The notes under the pieces are model-generated. The model searched no databases and was not told where the DNA came from. It was given only the letters and a program-made list of their open reading frames with translations. From Blepharisma stoltei ATCC 30299 (taxonomy: Eukaryota > Protista > Ciliophora), in contig CBFDEM010000054.1 in assembly GCA_965603825.1 (NCBI GenBank), positions 434,001 to 498,000 of the forward strand: DNA of 64,000 nt, read 5' to 3'. Position 1 is the stretch's first letter. Every line of letters begins with the position of its first letter. Positions 39,113-53,571 of this stretch are shown here, one piece after another. The translations under genes and the position numbers were made by a program.

Positions 39113-39502
39113 CTAATGCTTCTTTGATAGGTAATTAACACAATCATCAATTGTTTCAAATCTTTTTGCTGCTTGTTGAGCCATAATTGGGCTATAGCCC
39201 ATATTCACTAATAGTTCTTTAAGAGTAGTTTTATCAATACTACTAATTGATCTTTGCTGAGAATTTTGATTAGTATATATCGGCCCTTTTGGAGCTTGAT
39301 TATGGGCTGGTTTTTGATTATAATTAGGGGTAGATGGAATAACAGGGATAGGTGGAGGCAAAGATAAATTTAGAGCTACTTGAATCTTAACCTCATTATC
39401 TATTAATATTTGGGCCATCTGATAAGCTTCTTCTACGTTTCCCTGGTTTATAGCATTTTGGAATGCTTGACAATAGTAATTTACCCATTCTACATCTACC
39501 AT
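39113..39502 (-). CDS. small protein with C-terminal UBA domain
   Basis: LLVNMGYSPIMAQQAAKRFETIDDCVNYL (UBA, MGY loop); Pro-rich linker; helical N-terminus. Confidence 0.75.
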   Translation of the reverse strand: MVDVEWVNYYCQAFQNAINQGNVEEAYQMAQILIDNEVKIQVALNLSLPPPIPVIPSTPNYNQKPAHNQAPKGPIYTNQNSQQRSISSIDKTTLKELLVNMGYSPIMAQQAAKRFETIDDCVNYLSKKH

Positions 39503-39844
39503 TTTAATTATTATAGCTTTTAATAAAAAGTTTAAACAATCAATAATGCTGGAGGCTAAAGCCAGATCGTTTTTTGAAATTTCAAACAAAATTCAGGATA
39601 ATAGTAAATAAATGCGAATGGGCTAAATTCATTTAATGAACCTATAAAATACATTTTATGAGAGCAGCTTTTATTCACGATTTGCGCTATAATAACTTCT
39701 ATTTAAAAAGATAAGAAATTTTAATACTTTCATCTTTTATTTTATTTAAGCTGCTTAAGTTTTCAATGTAACTTACTGTTTATATAATAAATTAAATATA
39801 CAAAGCGCTGCATAATTGTCTGATAAAGACAAATTTCAAAAAGA

Positions 39845-39916
39845 TGGATTAACCGGGGATTGAACCCGGGGCCTTCTACTTGCGAAGCAGATGTGATACC
39901 ACTTCACCATTAACCC
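39845..39916 (-). tRNA. tRNA-Ala(CGC)
   Basis: GGGTTAA/TTAATCC acceptor stem with G3:U70, anticodon arm TCTGC-TTCGCAA-GTAGA, GGTTCAATCC T-arm, discriminator A, downstream T5 terminator. Confidence 0.95.
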
Positions 39917-40073
39917 ATTGATAGCTATAATAGTTTTTCATCACTTTTATATTCATTAAGCGCTTATTTTAGCTAATCTCTGTTTAAAAGCTATTTCTAA
40001 TTGCATTAATTTTATAAATTTAGGCTGCATATTATCAAAATTAAGCAGATCATGTTCGGCTTATTATTTCAAT

Positions 40074-40511
40074 CTAATTGTTTTCTTCTTCTTTTGGCTG
40101 CCCAACAAAAGATTTTTTGATTTGATGCTTTATAAAATAGCTTCCTTTTTTTTGAATTTGCTGCCTTCGCTTTAGTCCTTTTAGCTCAACTTCTTTTCTA
40201 TTGCATTTATCTTTAATTTCTTCCACCTCTTTAGCTAGTTTAGCTTTCCGAACTTTTTGCACCATTATAGCTTCTCTAAGCTCATATAGCTTCGGCTGAA
40301 GTGTAGTCAAAAGCTCAGGCAAATCAATTTCCGGCTCTGGCAGCAACAAAGACGGAATATTACGTTTAATTGAGTCGTTTTCTATTTTCAGCTCTTCCAC
40401 ACGCGATTTGGCTTCTCGAAGATCTAGACTAGCAAGAATTAGCGCTTTGTGTAAAATTTTTTGTTCTTCTTCTAATGAATCAATATTTTTAGGATTTTGC
40501 AACTTTATCAT
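40074..40511 (-). CDS. coiled-coil hypothetical protein (145 aa)
   Basis: ATG..TAG ORF, head-to-head with CDC48. Confidence 0.65.
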   Translation of the reverse strand: MIKLQNPKNIDSLEEEQKILHKALILASLDLREAKSRVEELKIENDSIKRNIPSLLLPEPEIDLPELLTTLQPKLYELREAIMVQKVRKAKLAKEVEEIKDKCNRKEVELKGLKRRQQIQKKGSYFIKHQIKKSFVGQPKEEENN

Positions 40512-40524
40512 TTTTATTTGCTAA

Positions 40525-42962
<2,438 letters not shown>

Positions 42963-43087
42963 TCAATACATTAATTAAATATATTTTTAATAAACTCTAT
43001 TATTGACTGAAATTTATATAGCCTGCAAACTTAATTTTAAAATAGCTTATATCCGCAATTTATCAAGGACAATATTAAAGCTTATCA

Positions 43088-44531
43088 TTAATCTTCATCG
43101 GAGGACCACTCTCTACTTTCATTTTCTTGGTTGCCATATTTAGCGTCAGCGAGTGTCTGTGGTTTTGCTACACTTCCAGAAACTGGCGGTTCATGGATTT
43201 CTTTGAATCTTCTTTGAATTTGCTCTTTAAGCTGTGCAAACGGATCTTTGGATTTTGACCCTCCTAGTCCTGGTTTTCCAGCATCAGGCTTTGTGTCGTT
43301 GATAACTGTCTTTTTGAGTCTCGCTAGAGGATTTTCAGTTCTGAGATCGTCAAGCATTTTGCTACGGGCATTTTCGTTAGGATGAGATGGAAGTGGAACG
43401 TCTTTTGGAGGAGGTGGGACGCTAGAAACGGATGAAATAACTGAACGTGGAGGTGGTGGAGGTGGAGGTGGTGGAGGTGGTGGGGGAGCAGTTCTCGGCT
43501 TAGATTGGGCCGGCTGTGATGGAGGCGGTGGAGGCGGTGGAGGAGGTGGTGGTGGAGGTGGCTGAGTTCTTGGGGCTGGCTGAGAAGAAGGCTTAGGTGA
43601 CGATGATCCAGGAAGGCTTGGCAATGGAGGCAGATTTTCTGTTTTCGGTAAGCTTGGTAAAGGCTTTGAGTTATCTCCTAAGTTCGGAAGTGAAGGCAAT
43701 GCTCCTACTTTTTTGGTTGGCTGGAAAATGAAGTTATCCTCTTCAAGGTCTTCGTCCCAGTCAAGATTTGCAATTCCAGCAATATTCAACTGTGAAGGCA
43801 TTTCCATTTTTGGTGTTGGGTCACTATCAGGAACAAAATCAAACTTTTTTTCTTGGTATTCTAATGAATTTGTAGAGTTTCGGAGAGTTGATGGAGCATC
43901 TGGCAGCGAAAAAGACTGAGCAATAGATGGTCTTACCAATGGCTTTTCAACTTGCATTTCTTGCTCTTCCATTTGATAAGGATTATCTTTTGACCCAAAC
44001 AAGAGGAGACTTGTTGCAAAGGCCAAAGTCTCAGGATAGTCTCCAAGGCCCATTTCTTCATGCTTTTGAGGCTTATCAAGCATTGTCGGAGTCGGAATAT
44101 CCATTGAGGTATAGAGCTCATATAGCATTTTAACATCAGATACATGTGAAACTGGTGCTCTTCCTGGGTGCTGGATTTCATGGACTGTAGGGTGGAATTT
44201 GGGCATTGGTTTCTGAGGAGGCAGCAATTGGTCATCATGTCTGTCAATCTTCGGGAAAAGAGATGTGGATTGAATTGTGAGTGCGCGAGTTGCCCCAGCA
44301 ATGACGTCTACTTTAGATTTGGCAGCTGCAACCCTTTGAGTGATTCCATCTACTCTCGCTCTGCATTCTTTGACCTAAATAAACCGTACTCTTCCTGCCA
44401 CTGAGTCCATGGTTTTGTTGAACATGTCATCTAAGTACTCGAGAACCCCAACTATTCTCTCGTAGCTTTCAAATTGATACAAATCTGTCGGAAGGACTAA
44501 AATAGAACTCACTGGGAACAACGCTCGACAT
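43088..44531 (-). CDS. WASH1: WASH complex subunit 1 (WAHD, polyproline, VCA)
   Basis: After removing introns 44497-44512 and 44375-44389: VPILPTDL..LEYL..RV..AKSKV..G..AL.I.S..FP; SLLLFGSKDNPY; polyPro; WH2; acidic EWSSDED end. Confidence 0.85.
44375..44389 (-). other. 15-nt intron gtacggtttatttag
   Basis: GT..AG, A10, in-frame TAG. Confidence 0.9.
44497..44512 (-). other. 16-nt intron gtgagttctattttag
   Basis: GT..AG, A10; removal is required to reach the WASH1 frame. Confidence 0.85.
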
Positions 44532-44647
44532 ATTTATTGCACCAAAAATTAGCACTAATTTAGATTAAAATTCGATTTAGCCATCTCATTCTTTTCAATT
44601 TAAGCTCTTAAACTAGTCTGAGTCCTTATTAATCATGTAAATTACAA

Positions 44648-45256
44648 TTAGTAATCCCTAAGTTTACTCGTAATTGAATCTTTCAATTTATGGTTCTCAG
44701 CTTGAAGTAAACTGTTTTCTCTTGCCAAATCAGCAATGTCCTGCACAATCTTTTTAATTTTATCTTCTCTGGCTGCATCTTTATTAATGAACTTCAGCAT
44801 AAGCTCTTTGTGCATATTAAGCATTTCGGAAAACTATATATCCATTACTTTGGTGCTCAAGGTGTCTTGAAACATCAGCATAACAGGAATTGGGACACTA
44901 TCACAGTCATGGTGTCTTGAAATTTCACTCGGAGTCCGGATATCATGGCTCCTTCTGGGCGCTTGGTCGTAATACTCAATATCTGTACTTACTTCTTTGT
45001 CAATCAGTTTCCTGTTCATTGGGCTTGGACCTTTGCTTAAGTTTCTTTGTAAATAAGGAGGAGTTGAATCGATTAAGCTGTCTCGTTTATCATGATTATG
45101 CTTAATTCGAGCCGTTGCCTCAGCTTGAGAAATATCTTGAGGAACAGGAACTTGGATATTCTCCGCATCTTTGCCAGAGTGCACTTCTGTCATCACGTCA
45201 ATTTTGTCTGAGTCTTGTAAATTGGAAATTGTGAATCGGCCCTTTTTGCTTGTCAT
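44648..45256 (-). CDS. hypothetical protein with N-terminal RFxI motif and C-terminal leucine-zipper-like coil
   Basis: ORF 44834-45256 extended by 15-nt intron 44834-44848 (gtaatggatatatag) to TAA at 44648. Confidence 0.75.
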
Positions 45257-45573
45257 CGTAAAAAATTATTATGGAAATGAAAAAATTAGAAAAATAAATT
45301 GGGAGGCAAAGTAGATTTGATCATGTGTAGGCAGCTGAGTATAGAAAAATTATTATAAAACTTAGGTTATCAGTCCAACCAAGTTTAATTTTGTGCCAGG
45401 CTGAAGTAAATTAGCACAAACATACAATCTATTATAGTCACTAAACAATAGGTTCTTGACTAGGAATATTGCAAGTGTATTGCATTTTACTTTCATTAAA
45501 TCTTGTATTATTGATTAAGCTATTATAGTTAAAAATTAAAAAAATTTATCATTTATCAAACCTTGTTTCTTCT

Positions 45574-47397
45574 CTAGCACTTCAAATTATTTTGCAACCT
45601 CTCCAAGCTTTCCTTGCAGAGTCTCAATTCTTCAATCAACACTTTGTTTTCTTCATCTTTCATTGCAAGCTGCGCATTTAGCTCTGTAATGATGCTGTCC
45701 TGCTCTAGCATTATTTTTAGCCACTCTGAATGCGGTAGAGGTATTTCTTCACTTGTTAGAAGCGATCTTCCAATTTGCAATGGAATTTCCAGTCCTTTGC
45801 AAAAGATCGGGAAATGAGGCTTCGACCTGAATGAAATCAAACTATTTACACACGGCTCTTGAGGGATCGACATTCGTCAGTCACCCAATGTGCTCCTCAG
45901 ATCTGGAGAGCAGAAGTTGACTTTTGGAGATTCGCAATCAAATGCTTGCGAAAACGGAACCATTTTTTGTGGAAGCGAGTCTTCTTCTTCCACCTCTTCT
46001 TCCTCAATTGAATTTTGCACATTTGCAATTGAGACATGGCTTTCATCAATGACTGAAGTTGAGTTTTGGCTTTGCCGCCACAGTTTCAGCCGTGTGCTGC
46101 TTCGTTCTTGGCTTTGAAAGTCAACCAAGAGATCTTCATTAGACTGCAAGCTCATCATTTTCATATCTCGTAGTTGCTCAGCTACCAGAATTGCTGATTG
46201 CATTATTTCTAGCTTTGACTGTAGCCTCTCTTTTTGTTCTTCAATGTCATCAATTTCAGAAGTTGATAATTTATTGATTTTACTTTTGTAATCTTCAATT
46301 AATGTAATTTCAAACTGCTGCAAATTTTCCCGAAGCTTTGAGATATCTGCAAGATATTTTAAGAGAAGAGAGTTTTCCTCATTAAGAGTGGTACGTATGA
46401 GGACTTGAGATATGCAGCGAGCTCTTTCTGCAAACTTTAATGAATTCAAACTTTCATCATATGCAGTGCTAGATGGACTACTAGTGGTTATTAAGACTAG
46501 CTTTGCCTCTCCTTGGAGGATTGGACGTAGAAGTCTAGTTAATTTGCTTTCTCTGTAAGGGATCGGAGTTTTGTTTTTTGTGTCACTAAGTCTTAGTATA
46601 ACTGTCCCTAAAGCCAATAAACTCCTGTTAATAAATTTCGCCTCTTTTACTCTTTCATTTTCAGTAGAAGAAACACTTTCGCTCCCAGCTAGGTCAATTA
46701 GGCTAACAGTGCCCATCAATAAATCTTCTTCTGTTCGATCTTTGCTTTCAATAATAATTTTAAACCTAAATAGCTCTTACCAGCAATGAGACCTAGAGCT
46801 TTTGTCGTTAAAGTTTGTTGATGCAATTCGCTTGTGTCCATCACCTATTTTCAGAAATGAATAGACTTGATCTGAGGTCTTGCAGACTTCCTCAGTTACA
46901 TTGACTATCACTGTGCCTCGGTTTCTGTCTTCCAAAACTTGCAAGTTTACATTACTGGGGTTCAATAAATCATTGATGCACTCATTATAAATTTCTACAT
47001 ATGAGCATCTAAGTAAATACTCGCGCTCAGGAGTTTCCTCAATATATCCAAAAATATTGTGTATTGATAAAGGGATGATTCCAGGATTTGACTGCTTGTT
47101 TCCACACATAGTAAAGGTTTTCCCACTTGTTGTTTGGCCATAGCATATGATGCACCCACTATAGCCGTCCATAGCTTTCCAGATCACTTGTTCGCCAATT
47201 TCATCAAAAATTCGTTGAGTGGTGGAATTCATCCCATATAGTCGGTCAAATGAGAATTGCTTGTCTCCTTTTTTGCTTTTGATGCTAGTATTTGAAGTCA
47301 CTTCTCAAGCTGCCAGCATTGGGTTTTCATTAGAAAGAAAAGGCCTTATTCGCACTGCAACTTTAATATTTTCACTTGTGGAAACCATTTTTTGCAT
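45574..47397 (-). CDS. kinesin-7 (CENP-E-like) motor protein
   Basis: IKVAVRIRP, FSFDR, YGQTTSGKT, PGIIPL, SYVEIYNE, SSRSH, DLAGSE, IPYRESKLTR; 15-nt intron 46766-46780 (gtaagagctatttag). Confidence 0.9.
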
Positions 47398-47425
47398 TTT
47401 AAATAGAAACAATATAAGGAATTAG

Positions 47426-48942
47426 CTAGTAATATTTATGAAGCAGATCATGAAGTTCTTGAATCGCCTCGTCGTATTGCATTGAGTTTATGTCGCCGTC
47501 GATCAAAGGAATCGACAAATCATCTGGAATTTTTTTCTGCTTGTAGTCCTGCTTCATTTGATAATTTTGCATATACGAAAATTGTTTTTCAGGCTTTTTC
47601 TTAGTCAATTTATCGAGAAACTCTTGCACGCTTCTTCTAGCGAACTCATCGCTTTCGTCGTAGTTTGGCTTAGCTTGTAGGGAAGGTTTAAAAGTGCAGT
47701 TCTCCAAGTCTTCATTTGCTTTCTTTTCCTTAATTTCTTCAATTCTGCTAGTTTTCAATCTTTCCCAATTATAAAGTCTTTGGATGGTTTTGCTGGGGTC
47801 AGTCGAGGTTACTGGCGAAGTCGTTTTGGGATGAAAAGTGCATTCCAGATCCCTTTGGCTTTCTTGGAACTCGTTTCTAAGTATTTCAATTTTTTCGCGC
47901 TTTTCGAAATTTAGGTCGTATAAGCCTTTCCATCTCGGCGAAGTGCTTCGAGCTCTTGGATCTATATTAGTAGACTTGTTAATTGAGGGTTTAAAAGGAA
48001 ATGGCTCAGCTTCAATTCTACTGTGCTTTGTAGAGCGATTTCCAAATGGTCCTAGCCTAGATGCAATTTTCATTGAATTCTCATCTAATGTTGGCCGGAA
48101 AGGAAATTCTTCTTTAAATGTAGCCTCTGACCGCACTGAAGTCAGGGCTGGGCGTTCTGATATAAAATCTCTATTAATTTGGGGTTGAAAAGAGAACTCA
48201 GATTTCAGTTCTTTTCCTATAAGTTCTTTTTTATCTTTGTATATTTTCTGATATAACGCAAGCCGATCTACTATATCTCCTTCCCTGACAATTTTTGACG
48301 CAAAAGGGGTTATAACTGGAACTGCGTTTGCTTTTGATTCTCTTTCATTGCTTGCCAGTCTTTCTTGTGCATTTTTTTTGCTTCTCTGGCCAGCTATTAA
48401 AAGCCTATCTTCAATTTTTCCAGCTCTTCCTTGGCTATTCGTAATTTCAATAGATTTTTTCGACAGAGAAGGTCCCGATAATTTCGTTAACTCTTGCTTA
48501 ATTTGTTCTAATTTTTGATTTTCTCGCTTCCTTTGCATAAGATTAGCTTGCTTATGAAGATATTCCTGGCGATCCTGAATTTCTCTTTTAGTAGCTTTTG
48601 CAGGTTTCTTCTCAGCTGCGATTTTATCATCTTGCATTTTTTTCAGTCTAATTGGAAATCACCTTTCTTCTAAATGTCGGCGGTCATTGAAACTCGCTTT
48701 TTTAGCAAGGCGTTCAGTGGCACTGCCTAAGTTAAAACATACTCTCCTTTAGGTTTCTCTGGCTTTTGAAGTGGAAGAGGATTTGGAGGCTCCCATGATT
48801 TCGAGGTATATTCATCCTGGACTTGGAAAAGCGAATTATACTCTTTCAACTCGTCTGCACGGAAGCTCATTGAAGGGGTACGAGAATGAGGGTCATTGAT
48901 GCGCTGATCGATATCAGAAATAAACTTGTCTATAATCGACAT
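47426..48942 (-). CDS. protein with repeated (C/F)xFxP motifs; 5' splicing ambiguous
   Basis: FSFQPQIN, FPFRP, FPFKP, CTFHP, CTFKP repeats; candidate introns 48648-48662 and 48723/48727-48742. Confidence 0.65.
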
Positions 48943-49069
48943 TTATAAGTATTTCAAAAATTACTAATAAAGATCAGCAATTTTGATAGCCAGAGACTGA
49001 TGTATAGAAAATGATTAAAATCTGGCATTATTTTTTTAAAATAAATAATTATTGCTAAATTAAATAGAG

Positions 49070-50044
49070 ATGTACTCACTTTATAAAGAAAGGAGGCTAG
49101 CCACCAGCCGATCTAACAAGGAATTAGCAGTTAGATTAGAAGATAATCTGAAAAAGCGTCAAAAACAAAAAAGGATGCATTTAAGCCAAGTATCAGACAG
49201 TCGAGTAAATGAATGGGTCCAAAATCAGGTGAAACCTCCATTAAGTCAGGTTTTAAAAGAAGGCACAATAGCTCTGCTAAACCCAGCACTACACAAATTT
49301 CGAGACGAAGAGCCTTTACCGAATGTATATGTGAGAAAGTAACTACTATACAGCTATAAAGAAGAAAAAAAACGCGTATTGGAATCAATCATAGAGCACA
49401 AAGAACACTTTTTAGCCAACGAACTCTACCCAAAATGCTCCCCCAACAGAAGCAATGACTGATTAAGAGAAACCAGCGAAAAAGCTATCCTTGGCAGCAG
49501 AATTATCAAGTATGTTTTACATAGGAATATTAATCATGAGCCTTACAAAGAAGATTGCTATAGTCTTGAGCCTATAAACGCTTTTGCTCTACTATCTCCT
49601 AGCTGAAGGACCGTTAACAAGCGGATTTGGACTGGAAAAGTATAGCATAAATAGACTGACTTTGCGAGATTTGCAAAGAGGTTTCAATCAAATGAAGCAC
49701 CTTGGCCTTCTATAAGGAACCACTCTGAAGATAAGTACATTGAAGGATATGAAGTGCTGGGAGACATCACAAGGAAAAGAGACAAGTCAAAAGAGCCTGC
49801 AGAGCCGTTCCTTCCGACTGACGTAAAAGATACGTGAAATAAAACTTTTTATCCCCAAACTTCTCTGCGGAATTTTAACTCAACTCAGAGGTTTTCTTCA
49901 GCTTTCCCAGAAAACTCAATAACCAATGCCAAAGTGAAGCTTTACCCGAATTCTGCGAGCGACTCGATTAATCAGAGCTTTAGAAAGTCGAGAGAGAGCT
50001 CCAAATCTTCAAGATTGATTAGGCATAAGCTTAATATAAGCTAA
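49070..50044 (+). CDS. hypothetical protein, three 15-nt introns
   Basis: Introns 49339-49353, 49510-49524 and 49640-49654 (all GTA..AG, A10) plus 3 TGA give one ORF ending TAA 50044. Confidence 0.75.
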
Positions 50045-50061
50045 ATGTATAGGTTTTATAA

Positions 50062-53000
50062 ATGGAAGAGCCACTTATAACAGAGCCAGCTTCTCGTAGG
50101 CCGAGCACGATAGTAGTAGCACAGAGGACGTTTACAGTACCATTGCAACTAACAAGTCACTTTAAAACAAATAAGATCAGCACTTGCAAATATAATATAC
50201 TGAATTTCATTAATACTTGTAGAGTCTAGGAATGATTTTGGATCAATAATGAGCTGTCGTAAAAATTTAAGACCTCGATATAAGGCATGAATCAACTTAG
50301 TACAGAATATATTTACTTTTATTCCAAAAAATCTCTGGAAACAATTTCAAAAGGCAGCAAATGTTTATTTCCTTATGTTAGCAGTTTTACAATCAATACC
50401 GCAAGTTTCTGTTACTGGTGGAGTTCCTACAATCCTGCTGCCGCTTGGGTTCGTTATGGCTTTGAGTGGGTTCAAAGATTTAATTGAAGATCTCAAAAGG
50501 AGAAAATCTGACAAAATTGAGAATAACCGTGCTGCACATGTGCGAAAAAATAATGAGTGAGGAGAGAAGAGATGACAAGAAGTAAAAGTTGGAGATATTT
50601 TAAAGGTTTGCAAAGATGAATCATTTCCTGCTGACTTGATTCTGCTGTCAACTAGTGATAGCAAAGGAGTCTGCTATATTGAAACAAAGAATTTAGATGG
50701 AGAAACAAACTTAAAGCACAAAATTTCGTTAAAGCAAACACAGGTCTACTTTGAAGACCATTATAAATTTGATGGATTTCAAGGAGAAGTCAAATGCGAA
50801 GATAAAAACCACCTGATCTACCAGTTTAATGGAATTATTACAATACAGGGAGAAATTTATGCATTGTCTAATGAACAGTTTTTACTACGTGGCAGTTCAT
50901 TGAAAAATACAGAATGAATTACTGGTGTCGTTGTTTATACAGGTCACGAAACTAAAATCATGCTTAATTCTTCAAAAACCCGCTCTAAATTTTCTAAACT
51001 CGAAAAGCAGATGGGAATTCAGGTGATTTTTGTATTTTTTCTTCAAATTATACTATGTGGGATTAGCACTGGATACTATATCTATTGGTTTAATAGTAAT
51101 GAAAATGCGACGAGTTATTATCTTGATCTGGAAAATACTGATGACAACTTGGTAGTCCAATTTATCTATCATTTTTTTAGCTGGGTCCTTATATTTGCAA
51201 ACTTTATTCCAATCGCGCTAATAGTGACTCTTGAAATGGTCAAATTTGTCCAAGCAATCTTTATTTCTTGGGATATAAAAATGTACTATGAACCTATTGA
51301 TATGAAAACTGGGGTGCAGAGCTCAAATCTCAATGAGGATTTAGGACAAATCAGCTATATTTTCTCAGATAAAACAGGAACTTTGACATGCAATATTATG
51401 GAGTTTCGAAAAATGTCAGTTAATGGGATTTCATACGGAACTAATGAGAATTACTCAGGACCAAATCCTATTCCTCATACAAACTTTGTTGACAGCTCTT
51501 TTAACTCAAATGATCAGGCAGCGCAAGAGTTTCTTATTCATCTTGCGATATGTCATACAATATTAACTGTGGAAAAGGATGGAGTTATACAGTACAAAGC
51601 AAGCTCTCCTGATGAGCTAGCGCTTGTAAATGCAGCCAAGTTTTTTGGGGTGACATTTATGGGAAGAGACCAGGATAATAATGTGCTGATCAATGCTAAT
51701 GGAAAAGAAGAAAAAATAAAGATTTTGAATGTGCTGGAGTTCACAAGTGATAGAAAAAGAATGTCTGTTATTGCGAGAATGCCAAATGGAATGATTAAAT
51801 TGCTTTGCAAAGGTGCTGACTCAATTTTGCTACCTCGAATTTTACAAAGTCCTGTGATAGAAAGCACATGAAAACACTTAGAAGATTACGCAAACGATGG
51901 ACTGAGGACTTTATTGATTTCCTCAAGAACACTTGGAGAGGAGGAGTACCATGAGTGAAACTTTAAGTTCCAAGAAGCAATGCGTGATGTTCTCAACCGT
52001 GAAAAGCGGGTTTTCGAAGTTGGAGAATTAATAGAAAGCAAACTGACTTTGCTTGGAGCCACTGCAATCGAAGACAAATTGCAAGACAAAGTTCCAGAAG
52101 CTATTCAATGCCTAAGAGAATCAGGAATCAAAGTCTGGGTTTTGACAGGAGACAAAATGGAAACAGCAATAAACATAGGCTTTTCCTGCAGCCTTTTATC
52201 AAGTGAAATGGCCAGAATTGTCATTTCGGCCATTCATACAGAAGATGTAAAAGACGAAATAAATAAAGCTATATTGCTAGTTAAAGCGCATTCTTCAACA
52301 GAATTCGCACTGGTAATCACAGGTGAAGCTCTATTGAAAGCAATGAGAAAAGAGTTTGTTCCAGACTTATTATTAATTGTTGAAAAATGCCAGGTAGTTC
52401 TTGCATGCAGGGTCAGCCCACAGCAAAAAGCTGACATCGTAAAGCTGATAAAAGATAATAAGCCAGGTGTTAGAACCCTTTCCATTGGTGATGGAGCAAA
52501 TGATGTAAATATGATAAATGCTGCTCATGTTGGGATAGGAATTTCAGGGCTTGAAGGCCAGCAGGCTGTTAGAGCTTCTGATTATTCAATTGCACAGTTT
52601 TCTTATTTAAAAAGACTGATCCTTGCCCATGGCAGAGAATGCTATAGGAAAAATGCAACGCTTGTGTGCTATAATTTCTATAAAAATGCTTTGGTTATCC
52701 TACCTTTATTTTTCTATGGTATTTTCAGTGCTTTCTCTGCGCAGGCGTTTTATAACTTTTGGACATACTCCATGTATAATAAAGTCTTCACATCGCTTCC
52801 TATATGTCTGTATGCGGTGTTTGATAGAGAAATGGACTATGAAGTTTTGCAATCAAGTCCTTCTTATTATAGACCAGGGCTAAATAATGAGCTATTCAAT
52901 ATGAAACTTTTCTGGCTTTGAATGCTAGAAGCAATATACCAAAGCGTGATTATCCTGATAATCAGCCTTTATTCTCTTTGTGCTGTTTCAGGACAGCAAG

Positions 53001-53551
53001 ATACAGGGCTCATGGACAACATGTGAGTAGCTTCTACACTTGTGTATGGCTTGATTGTGATCGTAGTGAATATCAAAATATGCATGCTCAGCTATCAACA
53101 GTTTTGGTTTTCTTGGGTCGCAGTCACAATTAGCATTGCCAGCTATTTCGCGACTACGAAAATCTTATTGGAAATAGTTCCAATGAAATCTTGACTTGAT
53201 AATTATGATAGCAGAGGAGCGTTTACAGAAATGATGACCAATCCAAATTCTTATGTTTCATCTATAGTCATAATATATGCAAGCTTATTTTTAGGGCCAG
53301 TTATCAGAAATTGTAGAGAGCTAATTAAAACAAAACGCGAAAAAACACAGCGAGCTGTTATAGACTCCAGCGTAGGATTTAAGTCCTCACCTGGCTTGGA
53401 TGAGGAAGCCCAAGACATTGTTCCTGACCTTCCTCCAGACGAATTTGAAGCAGCCCAACAAACTTTATATCACTTCACTAGGAAGCATACTGGCTTTGCA
53501 TTCAGCAGTGAAGGAGTTCTTACCATGGATCCTAACTTCTATAGTAAATAA
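50062..53551 (+). CDS. P4-type phospholipid-flipping ATPase (DRS2/ATP8A-like), interrupted by a 112-bp insertion
   Basis: NKISTCKYN|IFTFIPKNL, DGET, LLRGSSLKNT, DKTGTLT, SPDE, KGAD, TGDK, GDGAND, C-terminal GFAFS. Confidence 0.95.
50194..50305. mobile_element. putative retained internally eliminated sequence (IES), 112 bp
   Basis: Flanked by AATATA direct repeat (50194-50199 and 50306-50311); imperfect inverted ends TATACTG / CAGAATA; precise removal restores the conserved P4-ATPase frame. Confidence 0.8.
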
Positions 53552-53571
53552 ATGTAAAATTCTATTATTTA

